Assembly: GCA_903850915.1 (NCBI GenBank)
Contig: CAINMV010000010.1
Span: 980-64,979, forward strand
Origin: an uncultured Bacteroidota bacterium
GTDB lineage: Bacteria > Bacteroidota > Bacteroidia > UKL13-3
DNA: 64,000 nucleotides
Direction of reading: 5' to 3'
How positions within the stretch are numbered: position 1 is the first letter of the stretch; the number at the start of each line of letters is the position of its first letter. The notes beneath the pieces are model-generated. The model did not search any database and was not told where the DNA came from. It worked only from the letters and a program-made list of their open reading frames with translations. A program made the translations under genes and the position numbers. Below are positions 19,195 to 30,009 of the stretch, one piece after another.

Positions 19195-21606
19195 TTATTT
19201 GCCAGTTCCAATACCACCACCCGAATTATTAAAGTCCATTCGGCTATCCTTGGTATTCTTCTTGGTGCGCTTCTTGCCATCACCTTGCCAACCTTTACTA
19301 AATTTGTATTGAAATGTGAGATAAGCATAGCGAGTCTCCGACTGAAAATAGCCCGTAATATCGGAACCTGCAGAGGTGAGATTGTATCGGTATCTTCCTG
19401 ATTTTAAAAGATCATTTACGTTTAGACTAAGGCTACCGTTCTCTTTCCAAAAAACATAACGATAACCCGCGTTCAATTGGTAATTGCCATTCATATACCC
19501 TTGGGGGGTGCGGAACTTTGAATAACAATATCCATTGATATTAATACTGTGTTTCTTTTTAAACTTAAAATTATTTTGCATATATAAATTATAGCCGGCA
19601 CCATGACTCACATCATTAAAATAATTGTAATTCCCAGATATGCTTAAAGTAGCCGAATACCACCTTTTATAGCTCGCCTGTATGTATGCATCGGCCCCGT
19701 AACTCCAGGTGTGCAATATATTAACATAGCTCACATAAGTTATTTGAGATGTATCAGTTAAAACGGCATAAGTACTTGAGTTTTTTGTAAAAGCACCATA
19801 CAATGAAAACCCAGAGCCTCCTATATTAAAATCGTTCCCGCCTTCAAACTGCTTTTGAAAATCAAGGCTCAATGTATTACTTATGGCAGGAAGCAACTTG
19901 GGATTACCTCTATTACCAACATAACGGTCAGAATAACTCACCGAATTGTTTAACATGTTAAATGGAACACGATCGATACGACGGCTATAACTTGTAGAAA
20001 AAGTACGATTTTCTTCAAACTTTTTACTCATCTGCAGGTCAGGAAATAAATTAATATAGTTTTGATTTACATCTGAAATATTAGAACTCACTTTTGTGAA
20101 TTCTCCACGTAATCCAAGTTCATATTCCCATTTTTTGTATTTATTACTGTATTGCCCATATGCTGCAGCAACATTCTCAAAATAATCAAACGCATTGCTT
20201 CTGCTACTATCTAAATTCCACCCAACCTTCTCATTTTTATAAAAATTGAAATCACTTCTATTTCCAGTATAGCTATTTTTAATACCACACTCAAATTTCC
20301 CATCCCCTTTTAACGTTCGGCTATAATCAACCTGTAAAACATTGCTACTCGCATAACCTCCTGTTTTACTGTATTGACGCTCTATTAAAAGCAAAGGCAA
20401 ATCAAAAACCGTACGGATACTATCAAGGTTAGCTCTTTTATATTTGCTCTGAGTTATGTCGAAAGATAATTCTTCTCCGGCTCGCTTTGTTTTTAAAACA
20501 TAATTTAAATTCATGGTTTGCGAATTATAATTGCCATCCGTGCCTGAATTTGAATTTGTAGCGGGCAAATAAAAATTGTTTTTTGAAAGTGACTTTGATG
20601 AATTATTGTATTGTGATAACCCATACATATACGAGCAACCGAAGGTGTTTTTGTCGTTGATAAAATAATCGATTCCAGTCTTTATAAATGCATTCGAAGA
20701 CTGCGTAGTTCCATCAACGTCGGTTAACATTGTTTGTCCGTTTTGCGATCTTTGATTCTGGCTTTTCATTTGACGCTGATCGTAACGAAGATTGGAGTTA
20801 ATAAAAACATTGGTTTTGTTGCGTCGGATATTGGCATTGACACCACCACTATACTTGTTTACGCCAGAGAATTCATAGCGGCTTCCTATTCCTAAACTAG
20901 CATTGCCATTCATCCCTAGTTTTTTTTCTTTTTTTAGTTTCACATTGATGATAGCACCGGAACCAGCAGCATCATATTTAGCCCCTGGATTGGTTATTAC
21001 TTCTATGCTCTCTATGCTACCTGCAGGGAAAAACTTAATCGCTTCGGCTGGATTTTCTGCAGCAAGCGCAGAAGGTCGGTCATCGATGAAAACCCGAATA
21101 CCACTTTTCCCTCTAACTGTGATTTTATCATCGTTATCAATAAACACACCTGGTATTTTTTTTAACACCTCTAAACCATTAAGACCAATATTGGTTTGAT
21201 CTTTGGAAATAGTATAAACTGTTTTGCCCGGTTTAAATTCGATGGCGTTTTTTATCGCTGAGATATTGACTTCCTTAAGCGTAGTATTGTTTTTATTTAA
21301 TTGAATAGCGGGTAAACTAAAAAATGTTTTAAAATCAATATAAGAAGAGGAGTATTTATCGTAGCCTAAAAAGCTCACTTCCAAGAAATACTTGCCAGGA
21401 GCCATTTTCTGAAATGTAAATTGTCCTTTCTCATTGGTTAGCGAATTGTTTACATAACTGCTGTCGCTGTTTTTTATCACAACAGAGGCCAATTCAACAG
21501 GTAAATGACTGTTAGCATCGTATACGCCACCTGTTAAGGTAGCCGCAGATTGACCGAAAGATACTAGTGAAATAAAAAAAAATAAAACTGATATTGCCTT
21601 TTGCAT
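19195..21606 (-). CDS. TonB-dependent receptor-like outer-membrane beta-barrel
   Basis: LKKIPGV, IESIEVITNPGAKYDAAG, GNPKLLP motifs. Confidence 0.88.
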   Translation of the reverse strand: MQKAISVLFFFISLVSFGQSAATLTGGVYDANSHLPVELASVVIKNSDSSYVNNSLTNEKGQFTFQKMAPGKYFLEVSFLGYDKYSSSYIDFKTFFSLPAIQLNKNNTTLKEVNISAIKNAIEFKPGKTVYTISKDQTNIGLNGLEVLKKIPGVFIDNDDKITVRGKSGIRVFIDDRPSALAAENPAEAIKFFPAGSIESIEVITNPGAKYDAAGSGAIINVKLKKEKKLGMNGNASLGIGSRYEFSGVNKYSGGVNANIRRNKTNVFINSNLRYDQRQMKSQNQRSQNGQTMLTDVDGTTQSSNAFIKTGIDYFINDKNTFGCSYMYGLSQYNNSSKSLSKNNFYLPATNSNSGTDGNYNSQTMNLNYVLKTKRAGEELSFDITQSKYKRANLDSIRTVFDLPLLLIERQYSKTGGYASSNVLQVDYSRTLKGDGKFECGIKNSYTGNRSDFNFYKNEKVGWNLDSSRSNAFDYFENVAAAYGQYSNKYKKWEYELGLRGEFTKVSSNISDVNQNYINLFPDLQMSKKFEENRTFSTSYSRRIDRVPFNMLNNSVSYSDRYVGNRGNPKLLPAISNTLSLDFQKQFEGGNDFNIGGSGFSLYGAFTKNSSTYAVLTDTSQITYVSYVNILHTWSYGADAYIQASYKRWYSATLSISGNYNYFNDVSHGAGYNLYMQNNFKFKKKHSININGYCYSKFRTPQGYMNGNYQLNAGYRYVFWKENGSLSLNVNDLLKSGRYRYNLTSAGSDITGYFQSETRYAYLTFQYKFSKGWQGDGKKRTKKNTKDSRMDFNNSGGGIGTGK

Positions 21607-21899
21607 AAAGGCGACAAATATAATTGAGTTTACACTAAGCTAAACAATTGGTTTGCATAAAATGGCTTAAAAAAAGCAGATTTCGACTATTTTTATTCGA
21701 TTCATCAAATAGTATCTATAAAAAAACTGACAACACCTTTTTAAAAAGCTATCCACTCTCTGCCTCAAACCCAACATAGGCAGGCACTCCATTAGTATAG
21801 CCTGAAAACAATTACATCTTCTTCATAAGGAAGAAAAAAAATGAGAAAAATCATTTTTTCTTAAAACAGCGATTCACTAATTTAGCGCACTGAAAAGCC

Positions 21900-23195
21900 A
21901 TGGAACAATTAAAAGAGAAGTTTTTAGCAAAATCATCAGTTTTTGCAGCAGAAGTTAAAGATATCATTAAAAAACACGGTGCTGAAAAATTCGGCGAATA
22001 TACTGTAGATGATGTTTACGGAGGTATGAAAGGGATTACCGGTTTGGTAACTGAAACCTCGGCACTCGATGCCAACGAAGGTATTCGTTTTCGCGGATAT
22101 TCCATTCCTGAACTATGTGAGAAGCTTCCTGGCGATGGCACTCCTTACCCTGAAGGATTATTTCATTTAATGCTTATTGGCGAACTTCCAACGTTGGAAG
22201 ACACCAAAGAAATCAACAAGCTTTGGACAGAGCGTTGGGATGTTCCTGAGCATGTTTTTACAACACTCGACAGCTTGCCATTGAATACGCATCCAATGAC
22301 ACAGTTCAGCATTGGCATTATGGCCATGCAAACTGAAAGTGTTTTTGCAAAAGCTTACCATGATGGCATAAACAAAAAAGATTATTGGGCATACCAATTT
22401 GAAGACGCGATGAATTTGATTGCGCGTTTGCCGCGTGTGGCGGCTTATATTTATCGCAGAACCTATAAAAATAGTGTTCACATACAACCTGATACCAGCC
22501 TCGACTGGGCAGGTAACTTTGCACATATGCTTGGCTATGATGGCGATGAATTTAAAAAACTTATGCGTCTATACCTTACTATACATGCCGACCATGAAGG
22601 TGGAAACGTGTCTGCCCATACCACGCATTTGGTAGGTTCAGCATTAAGCGACCCATACTTGTCTTTTTCTGCAGCAATGAATGGCTTGGCCGGTCCTTTG
22701 CATGGACTTGCAAATCAAGAGGTGATACGTTGGCTAAAGAAAATGTGCGAGCAGTTGGGGGTAACGCGCCCAACCAATGAGCAAATTGCAAAATATGTTC
22801 AAGATACTTTAACTGCTGGTCAGGTAGTTCCTGGATATGGGCATGCCGTACTTCGCAAGACAGACCCACGCTTTACCGCTCAAATGGAATTTGCTAAAAA
22901 GTATTTCCCGGATGACGATATGGTAAATACCGTTTGGAATGTTTATGAAACTGTACCTCCTATTTTGGAGTCGTTAGGTAAAGTGAAAAACCCATGGCCC
23001 AATGTTGACGCCCACTCTGGAGCGTTACTTCAACATTACGGATTCTTAGAAGAAGACTTTTATACTGTATTATTTGGTGTTTCTCGCTCCTTGGGTGTAC
23101 TAGCATCTTTAGTTTGGGATAGGGCAATAGGACTTCCGTTGGAACGACCAAAATCAATTACAACCGAAGCTATAAAGAAAAAACTAGGAATTTAA
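21900..23195 (+). CDS. gltA: Citrate (Si)-synthase, eukaryotic/mitochondrial-like type
   Basis: [44 protein letters not shown]. Confidence 0.95.
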   Translation: MEQLKEKFLAKSSVFAAEVKDIIKKHGAEKFGEYTVDDVYGGMKGITGLVTETSALDANEGIRFRGYSIPELCEKLPGDGTPYPEGLFHLMLIGELPTLEDTKEINKLWTERWDVPEHVFTTLDSLPLNTHPMTQFSIGIMAMQTESVFAKAYHDGINKKDYWAYQFEDAMNLIARLPRVAAYIYRRTYKNSVHIQPDTSLDWAGNFAHMLGYDGDEFKKLMRLYLTIHADHEGGNVSAHTTHLVGSALSDPYLSFSAAMNGLAGPLHGLANQEVIRWLKKMCEQLGVTRPTNEQIAKYVQDTLTAGQVVPGYGHAVLRKTDPRFTAQMEFAKKYFPDDDMVNTVWNVYETVPPILESLGKVKNPWPNVDAHSGALLQHYGFLEEDFYTVLFGVSRSLGVLASLVWDRAIGLPLERPKSITTEAIKKKLGI

Positions 23196-23371
23196 TAAAT
23201 TCCGGGTTCCTATTCCTTTATCTTGCTTTGTAAATTCCAAAGGTTATTGCATTTCCAGATTTTGGGTTTGTATTTTCAGTCCGTTTTGAACAAATCCTAA
23301 CCCTTTATTAACACTTCTATTTTTTAAATGGTAATAATTTTCTATTTTCACATATAAATTCTCATTCAATC

Positions 23372-23971
23372 ATGAAACTAACCTTACATCGTATTCAATT
23401 TTCGACTTCCGTATTACTATCAATTTTAATTTTAGCGTCTTGTAGCTATCAACGTTACGGCTACCTGCAACGTGGTGAGGTGAAAAAAACAGAGCTTACC
23501 TATGCAAAGTCAGGCCAAACAAAGCCTACAATTCAAAGCACCATTTCCGATATCAAACTAGCATCTACCAATATTAAATCCCCTTCAGCAATTTTGTTAG
23601 AGCGTAACTTCATCAATCAATCTAATGTTGAAAATGCATTCTACAACTCATTGGTTGTAAAACCGATTAACGCTAAAGAAATTAAAAATAAATTTGTGAA
23701 TGCTGCTATTAAGAACACCACAAAAATCCAATTCGCAAAAAAAGATCACGAACGTACCTCTGAATTTAAAAAAGGCGCTGGGGTAAATAAGAAAAATGAT
23801 TTATCAACTGGAATTTTAATACTCATTGCATTTTTCATACCTCCTGTTGCCGTTGGATTAGCAAGCGATTGGGAGGATACCAATGCACTAATAGTTAATA
23901 TTTTGCTTACCCTACTTTGTGGTATCCCAGGAATCATTCACGCCATTATTTATATACTTGATAACGAATAA
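23372..23971 (+). CDS. Lipoprotein with C-terminal YqaE/Pmp3 domain
   Basis: Lipobox LASC; C-terminal IAFFIPPVAV...NILLTLLCGIPGIIHA. Confidence 0.8.
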   Translation: MKLTLHRIQFSTSVLLSILILASCSYQRYGYLQRGEVKKTELTYAKSGQTKPTIQSTISDIKLASTNIKSPSAILLERNFINQSNVENAFYNSLVVKPINAKEIKNKFVNAAIKNTTKIQFAKKDHERTSEFKKGAGVNKKNDLSTGILILIAFFIPPVAVGLASDWEDTNALIVNILLTLLCGIPGIIHAIIYILDNE

Positions 23972-23973
23972 CG

Positions 23974-24258
23974 TTGACAAGGCGCTATTATATTATCGGT
24001 GGGTTAGCCCTAATACCAATAGTATTATGGATTTTACCTGCTGATTTCTTCGACTCTGGATTACCACCACTTTGCCTTTCGCAAATCTTGTTTCATCATA
24101 GTTGTCCGGGTTGTGGAATTACGCGTGCAGTCCAACATGCTCTTCATCTAGAATTTGAAGAGGCTTGGATTTACAATAAACTAATAATTGTAGTGCTTCC
24201 TGGTTTAGTTTACTATTGGATCGTCTTTTTAAGAAGGCAGCTTCGCGGTTCGAATTAG
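23974..24258 (+). CDS. DUF2752 membrane protein
   Basis: CPGCGITRA motif. Confidence 0.85.
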   Translation: MTRRYYIIGGLALIPIVLWILPADFFDSGLPPLCLSQILFHHSCPGCGITRAVQHALHLEFEEAWIYNKLIIVVLPGLVYYWIVFLRRQLRGSN

Positions 24259-24261
24259 AAG

Positions 24262-24960
24262 TTATAAGTCACCTAGTTGCGGGCGAATTAATAGTTCCTC
24301 TACCACCGCCGATTTTAAATCGTAACACCCCCATACAGCTTTGGCTATTTCAAAACTCGGCATAAAACGAGACTCCGGTAACGTGGTGCCCACCCAAGAA
24401 TTAGTATACGTTGCTCCTGGCAAAACAGCAGTTACCTTTATTCCATCCGATTTCAGCTCTTCACGGAGTACCTTGCTAAAGCCTAACATCGCAAACTTGC
24501 TTATGCTATAACTTCCACCATTAGTATAGGCAATGATACTTGCCGTGGAACAAATATTGAAAATGTGCGCGTCTTTGGTTTTTCGAATCAAAGGCATCAA
24601 AGCACGCGTCAGATGATAACTTCCTGCAATATTAATGTTCATGATAGACTCAAAAACACCATCTTCTTCCTCACATATAGTTCCTGGTTTGAATACACCT
24701 GCATTATTCACCAACACATCGACTTGACTGAATTCAGCAGCTAAAGCCACACTAAATGCCATTACCTCCTCTTTTTTACCAATATCAAACGCCCAAACAA
24801 AAACTTTAATTGTGGGGAACTTATCGGTAAGCTCCGATTTAAAGACATTGAGGTCACTTTCATTTCTTGCGGTTATAATCACATCAAAACCTTTCTCAGC
24901 AAACAATTCCACAATAGCGCGACCAATGCCTTTGGTGCCTCCTGTTACTACAATATTCAT
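24262..24960 (-). CDS. Short-chain dehydrogenase/reductase
   Basis: TGGTKGIG, NNAG, YSISK. Confidence 0.93.
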   Translation of the reverse strand: MNIVVTGGTKGIGRAIVELFAEKGFDVIITARNESDLNVFKSELTDKFPTIKVFVWAFDIGKKEEVMAFSVALAAEFSQVDVLVNNAGVFKPGTICEEEDGVFESIMNINIAGSYHLTRALMPLIRKTKDAHIFNICSTASIIAYTNGGSYSISKFAMLGFSKVLREELKSDGIKVTAVLPGATYTNSWVGTTLPESRFMPSFEIAKAVWGCYDLKSAVVEELLIRPQLGDL

Positions 24961-25005
24961 AGTGCAAGATATTAAATTCCAATCGTTAATTTCGAGGCAA
25001 TATTT

Positions 25006-25692
25006 ATGCAGTTATATTACGCCCCCGATCTCAGCAAAAACGCTAAACTTCCTATCGAAGAGTCGAAACATTGTATGAAGATTTTACGTCATCAAATTGG
25101 CGATATCATTCATGTTACAGATGGTCTAGGGTTTTTCTATGACTGTGAAATTTCCGACTCAAATGGCAGTTTAATAATCCGAAATCGAGTAAAACAAGAG
25201 CGGCAACGTGCGTATCATTTACATCTTGCTGTTGCTCCAACAAAAAATGGAGAAAGAACCGATTGGATGATTGAGAAGCTTGTAGAATTCGGAATCGACG
25301 AACTCACTTTTTTAGATTGCTCTCATAACGAAAGAAATAAAATTAACCTCGAACGTTGTGAACGTGTTGCCATTTCTGCCATGAAACAATCCGTAAAAGC
25401 GTATCATTTAAAAATAAATAACATAATTTCATGGAGCGAACTCCTTAAGAGATCTTCTACTTCGGACACAAGACTGATAGCCCATTGCGACTCCTCTTTT
25501 TCTAAGATTGAACTACAAAATACCAATAGAAAACAAAATATACTTTACTGCATTGGCCCAGAAGGCGATTTTTCGAAACAAGAAATTACAAGCGCACTAT
25601 CGCAAGGCTTTGAAGGTGTTTCTTTGGGTGCAAGCCGTTTGCGCACCGAAACTGCCGCCATCGCGGTCTGCAGTTTTTTTTACTTCCAATAA
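25006..25692 (+). CDS. rsmE: 16S rRNA m3U1498 methyltransferase
   Basis: IGPEGDFS, LGASRLRTETAA. Confidence 0.95.
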   Translation: MQLYYAPDLSKNAKLPIEESKHCMKILRHQIGDIIHVTDGLGFFYDCEISDSNGSLIIRNRVKQERQRAYHLHLAVAPTKNGERTDWMIEKLVEFGIDELTFLDCSHNERNKINLERCERVAISAMKQSVKAYHLKINNIISWSELLKRSSTSDTRLIAHCDSSFSKIELQNTNRKQNILYCIGPEGDFSKQEITSALSQGFEGVSLGASRLRTETAAIAVCSFFYFQ

Positions 25693-25706
25693 TATAAAGC
25701 CATTAT

Positions 25707-25892
25707 TTATACCCATGTTTCAAACCAAAACCAATATCTATAATAATCCTCCGGAATTGGAATACCAACCCAAAAAGGTATGAAATAAAGTAAAATAACA
25801 ATCGAGAAAATGAGAATGTATAGACCGATTTCTTTCCTTACTGTTTGCCCTAAAAAATAATCTAACCAATAGTACTGCGAACTGCCCTTCAA
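25707..25892 (-). pseudogene. Probable C-terminal remnant of a PMT/GT39-like membrane glycosyltransferase
   Basis: YWLD...LLYFIPFWVGIPIPEDYYRYWFWFETWV* resembles PMT C-termini; an in-frame stop lies three codons upstream of the TTG. Confidence 0.4.
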
Positions 25893-26099
25893 TTGCCTCT
25901 AAAAAGATTAAGGTAGCTTTCTTTGAGCTCTGAGGAAAAGGAATTTATTGGTTAGAATAAGCCTATTCTCAGCGAATGCATGATTTATATTGTAGAAAAA
26001 AAGGAACTTAAAAGTTCGCAATTAAATTGGGGTCATTTTTAATGCTTTTCAATAATTCAAAAAAAACGATCCTAGAAGAACTAATGTTTATAAACAATC

Positions 26100-26516
26100 T
26101 CATTTCTTCGTTAGCTTGATTAAAATTTGATGATTTAAAATCGATGTTTCATATGTTTTTAATGGTTTGATTGCAGGTTCTCTCATGGCCTTTCCTAAAA
26201 GGTTAAAAGAGCTGCCATGAGCATTACAAAACAAACCAGTTTTGGTGGCTATCAACGGTTGATTTTGATGTGAGCATTGCATTTGCAAGGCAGTATAACC
26301 TGAATCCGTTTTTACCAACAAAATATTAAATGCAAGCGAAGAGTGTTGTATAATATTTAACTTATTGGCGGCCATCTTCAATTCGTCGAGATAGATTACT
26401 TTATTTGTAATGGTAGGCTTGTAAATAGGAATTGTACCGCAACCCGATAGACTTAATCCGGCAGCCAGCCCCATACAAACAAGACAGCTATTTTTTAGGA
26501 ATTCTTTTCTTTGCAT
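26100..26516 (-). CDS. Rieske [2Fe-2S] lipoprotein
   Basis: CSH...CNAHGSSF; Tat-like leader MQRKEFLK and lipobox LSGC. Confidence 0.9.
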   Translation of the reverse strand: MQRKEFLKNSCLVCMGLAAGLSLSGCGTIPIYKPTITNKVIYLDELKMAANKLNIIQHSSLAFNILLVKTDSGYTALQMQCSHQNQPLIATKTGLFCNAHGSSFNLLGKAMREPAIKPLKTYETSILNHQILIKLTKK

Positions 26517-26518
26517 TT

Positions 26519-27748
26519 TTAAAAACTGTAAGCGATGCCTATGTTTACGCTGCTGTTATTCTGGTAAAAAGGAAGTGGCGTTGGGAAAGGGTTTACGTTC
26601 AACGATTCATTGCGAATTCCTGTTTTTGAATATCGATAATCGAATTTAATACAAACACCACGGATAGGCTTATAATTTAATCCTGTAAACACAAAAATTT
26701 TCTCTAGCTCTTTATTTTCCACCCCGTTAGCTGCAATTTTTGCATTGAGATTAATAAATTCTATACGGGCAAATACATTTAACTGTTTGTCGTTTTTTAT
26801 CCCGAATGTTGATGCCAAATTGTAAGCAAATTCAGTGTAGCCTCCCCAAGCAACAGTGGGGGTATTGTTGGCATAGGCTCGGTTAATGGCAAAGGCATCC
26901 GAAATAACTAAGCAGGTACCAAGTAATTTAAACGAAAATTTGTTTTTATTGCACTGAACATTGGCTTCGGATAAAGAAACCGGTGTTCCAAACAAACCAT
27001 TTCTTAGTTGGAGGCTGTCGGCATTTCTTGAATTTAGCCCTGCACTTCCTCCAATATACGTTGAAGCCTGAATTCTGAAACTGCCAACGTAGTATAACAA
27101 GGATCCTGTAATGGCAATGTTCGACGCTGTAGCATCTTTTCCTTCAAACCGCCCACCCCTTATGCCATTACCACTTGTAAAGCCCGCTGAGTTTAATCCG
27201 TTAAAAAGTCCTAGAGAGTAATTGAGTCCGGCCATTTTTCGGGAGTTACCATAGTAGCAAATTCCGAGTTCACGCCAAGTAGAAGGAATAAGTATATTTT
27301 CCAGAACCGGCCTTTCATTGCTATTAAATGTGGTGGGCAAATGATTTTCATTAATAATACCAATTCGGGGAATAATTAATCCTGCAGAAATGTAATTATT
27401 GCTATTCATGTCGAACTTTAGAAACATTTGCTCTAAGGCCAATTCTCCACCAGGCTCTCCAACTTCTATTTTTGCATCTTCCAACTCCCATTCACTAAAA
27501 AAATTAATTTTGTTGCTAAAACGATGCCCGATGAATAATACATTTCGAGTAAGATTAGCATAGGCTGTTTTATTTCTCGTATCATAATTCACCACCACCT
27601 CGCCATAACCCGAAATATAGGTGCTAGTCAAATCTTGCTTTTGCAGGCCGGCAGCCAGTGAGTCCTCATTGGTAAGGATTTGTGATTTTGAAATTCTGGT
27701 TGAAAAAAAGATCAACACCCCGAGCAGAAAATAATATTTGGATGACAT
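26519..27748 (-). CDS. Porin-like outer-membrane beta-barrel protein
   Basis: Signal peptide, ISGYGE, GIINENHLPTTF, IPSTWRELG, C-terminal YSF. Confidence 0.75.
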   Translation of the reverse strand: MSSKYYFLLGVLIFFSTRISKSQILTNEDSLAAGLQKQDLTSTYISGYGEVVVNYDTRNKTAYANLTRNVLFIGHRFSNKINFFSEWELEDAKIEVGEPGGELALEQMFLKFDMNSNNYISAGLIIPRIGIINENHLPTTFNSNERPVLENILIPSTWRELGICYYGNSRKMAGLNYSLGLFNGLNSAGFTSGNGIRGGRFEGKDATASNIAITGSLLYYVGSFRIQASTYIGGSAGLNSRNADSLQLRNGLFGTPVSLSEANVQCNKNKFSFKLLGTCLVISDAFAINRAYANNTPTVAWGGYTEFAYNLASTFGIKNDKQLNVFARIEFINLNAKIAANGVENKELEKIFVFTGLNYKPIRGVCIKFDYRYSKTGIRNESLNVNPFPTPLPFYQNNSSVNIGIAYSF

Positions 27749-27757
27749 AAGACTTGC

Positions 27758-27809
27758 TATTTAGATTTATTATAAATATACGGCAAATTAAATATAATTA
27801 ATCTAAATA
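27758..27809. promoter_or_regulatory. Two imperfect palindromic operator boxes (possible Fur/metal-regulator sites)
   Basis: TATTTAGATTTATTATAAATA (27758-27778) and an inverted copy reading TATTTAGATTAATTATA on the minus strand (27793-27809). Confidence 0.55.
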
Positions 27810-27847
27810 AGCACGATGATTTTCATAATTTTCCAAAATAATAATAC

Positions 27848-27885
27848 AAAAAAAAGCCTTTCGAATTTTCGAAAGGCTTTTTTTT
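27848..27885. terminator. Bidirectional intrinsic terminator after tuf
   Basis: A8-GCCTTTCGAA-TT-TTCGAAAGGC-T8. Confidence 0.9.
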
Positions 27886-27903
27886 GTATAGAATAACTAT
27901 GAA

Positions 27904-29103
27904 TTACTTCATAATTTCAGTTACCTGACCAGCACCGATGGTACGACCACCTTCACGAATAGCGAAGCGTAAACCTTTTTCCATTGCAATTGGGTTGATT
28001 AACACAACATTGATTGTTACGTTATCACCAGGCATAATCATTTCTACTCCTTCTGGTAACGTGATTTCTCCAGTTACGTCAGTGGTACGGAAATAAAACT
28101 GAGGACGGTATTTGTTAAAGAATGGAGTGTGACGTCCACCTTCGTCTTTGCTTAATACGTAAATTTCACCTTTAAAATTTGTGTGAGGAGTTACTGAACC
28201 TGGCTTGCAGATAACCATACCTCTACGGATAGCTTCTTTTTCAATACCACGTAACAATAAACCTACGTTATCACCTGCTTCACCACGATCCAAAATCTTA
28301 CGGAACATCTCAACACCCGTTACAACTGAAGTTAATGTTTTCTCGCCTTCTTTTTGTAAACCGATAATTTCTACAGCTTCATTTGAGTTAATTACACCTC
28401 TTTCGATACGGCCAGTAGCAACGGTACCACGACCAGTGATCGAGAATACGTCTTCAACAGGCATCAACATCGGAAGATCAACCAAACGTGGTGGAACTGG
28501 GATATATGTGTCTACGTGATGCATTAATTCCATGATTTTCTCAACCCACTGAGGCTCGCCATTCAAACCACCTAAGGCTGAACCACGAACGATAGGAATC
28601 TCGTCACCAGGGAACTCATATTTATTTAACAATTCACGGATTTCCATTTCAACGATATCCAAGATCTCAGAATCGTCAACCATATCCACTTTATTCATAA
28701 ACACAACAATACGAGGAACACCTACTTGGCGAGCCAAAAGAATATGCTCACGTGTTTGTGGCATAGGACCATCAGTAGCCGCAACCACCAAAATAGCGCC
28801 GTCCATTTGAGCAGCACCAGTAACCATGTTCTTAACATAGTCAGCGTGGCCTGGACAATCAACGTGTGCATAGTGACGATTTGCTGTCGTGTATTCTACG
28901 TGTGCCGTATTAATTGTAATACCGCGTTCTTTTTCTTCAGGAGCTGAGTCGATTGATTCGAAAGAACGTTTTTCAGATAGACCTGCAGCAGCTAATACGC
29001 TAGTAATTGCAGCGGTTAAAGTAGTTTTGCCGTGGTCTACGTGACCGATAGTACCTACGTTTACGTGTGGTTTGCTACGGTCAAATTTCTCTTTAGTTGC
29101 CAT
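27904..29103 (-). CDS. tuf: Elongation factor Tu
   Basis: [27 protein letters not shown]. Confidence 0.99.
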   Translation of the reverse strand: MATKEKFDRSKPHVNVGTIGHVDHGKTTLTAAITSVLAAAGLSEKRSFESIDSAPEEKERGITINTAHVEYTTANRHYAHVDCPGHADYVKNMVTGAAQMDGAILVVAATDGPMPQTREHILLARQVGVPRIVVFMNKVDMVDDSEILDIVEMEIRELLNKYEFPGDEIPIVRGSALGGLNGEPQWVEKIMELMHHVDTYIPVPPRLVDLPMLMPVEDVFSITGRGTVATGRIERGVINSNEAVEIIGLQKEGEKTLTSVVTGVEMFRKILDRGEAGDNVGLLLRGIEKEAIRRGMVICKPGSVTPHTNFKGEIYVLSKDEGGRHTPFFNKYRPQFYFRTTDVTGEITLPEGVEMIMPGDNVTINVVLINPIAMEKGLRFAIREGGRTIGAGQVTEIMK

Positions 29104-29184
29104 GATTGAGTATTTGGGTTGTTGTGTTAAATTTAAAAAATATAATATTAAAAAGCTTTTCTTTTTAAGTTCTTACTAAAATTG

Positions 29185-29257
29185 AGCGGGAGACGAGGCT
29201 CGAACCCGCGACCTGCAGCTTGGAAGGCTGCCGCTCTACCAACTGAGCTACTCCCGC
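29185..29257 (-). tRNA. tRNA-Gly(TCC)
   Basis: GCGGGAGTAGCTCAGTTGGTAGAGCGGCAGCCTTCCAAGCTGCAGGTCGCGGGTTCGAGCCTCGTCTCCCGCT. Confidence 0.95.
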
Positions 29258-29303
29258 AATTGATTACATCCTGACTTAATTCCACTGCTAAGTCTTCTCC
29301 TTG

Positions 29304-29375
<72 letters not shown>

Positions 29376-29383
29376 TTATTCCG

Positions 29384-29464
29384 TGGGGAGAGAAGGATTT
29401 GAACCTTCGAAACCGAAGTAACGGATTTACAGTCCGTCCCATTTGACCGCTCTGGAATCTCCCC
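29384..29464 (-). tRNA. tRNA-Tyr(GTA)
   Basis: GGGGAGATTCCAGAGCGGTCAAATGGGACGGACTGTAAATCCG...GGTTCAAATCCTTCTCTCCCCA with an extended variable arm. Confidence 0.95.
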
Positions 29465-29537
29465 ATTTCAATTCCTGATTGCGAAGAAGTGATTAACAAT
29501 GGGGTTGAAAATCAAAAAATGCACTTCAAAAACTGAG

Positions 29538-29613
29538 TGGAGCCAAATGCCGGGATCGAACCAGCGACCTACTGATTACAAATCAGTTGCTCTACCAGCT
29601 GAGCTAATTTGGC
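29538..29613 (-). tRNA. tRNA-Thr(TGT), CCA encoded
   Basis: GCCAAATTAGCTCAGCTGGTAGAGCAACTGATTTGTAATCAGTAGGTCGCTGGTTCGATCCCGGCATTTGGCTCCA. Confidence 0.96.
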
Positions 29614-29714
29614 CTGTTAAAGTGAATCCTATATGCCTTAATTGCAGGGCCTACAGGGGTTTTGTGAAAGATCATTACTTTTAAAACAGCTATATGCTAC
29701 TTTTCAAAGGAGTG

Positions 29715-29722
29715 CAAAAGTA
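29715..29722 (-). promoter_or_regulatory. -7 promoter element of the tRNA-tuf operon
   Basis: TACTTTTG on the minus strand, matching the Bacteroidota TAnnTTTG consensus. Confidence 0.65.
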
Positions 29723-30009
29723 TGCAAAAAAATATTTCGTGCAAACTTTTTTTAAAAACTTTTTAAAATATTTATTAAAACATAGTACTAGCAGAGAAAA
29801 GAATGTTTGTCGATGCCAAAAATTATTTACTAATTCTTGCTTTTTGGTCGTTTTTTTAAGAATGCGTGTATGCCGTTTAGTTAAATTAAAAACAAAAACA
29901 AAAAAGCACTTCTTATTCCCTTTTACTTTTTACGTTTCATTTTTTACTTAAGCCCGGTCAATTCTCAACTAAAACTATACTTTTGCGATACAAATAGCAA
30001 CGCCTCGAT

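Noticed and set aside
21900..23195. Eukaryote-like citrate synthase (and the deoxyhypusine synthase-like gene at 15374-16348) as eukaryotic gene transfers
   Set aside because: Both types are established residents of Bacteroidota genomes, and nothing in their context suggests recent acquisition.
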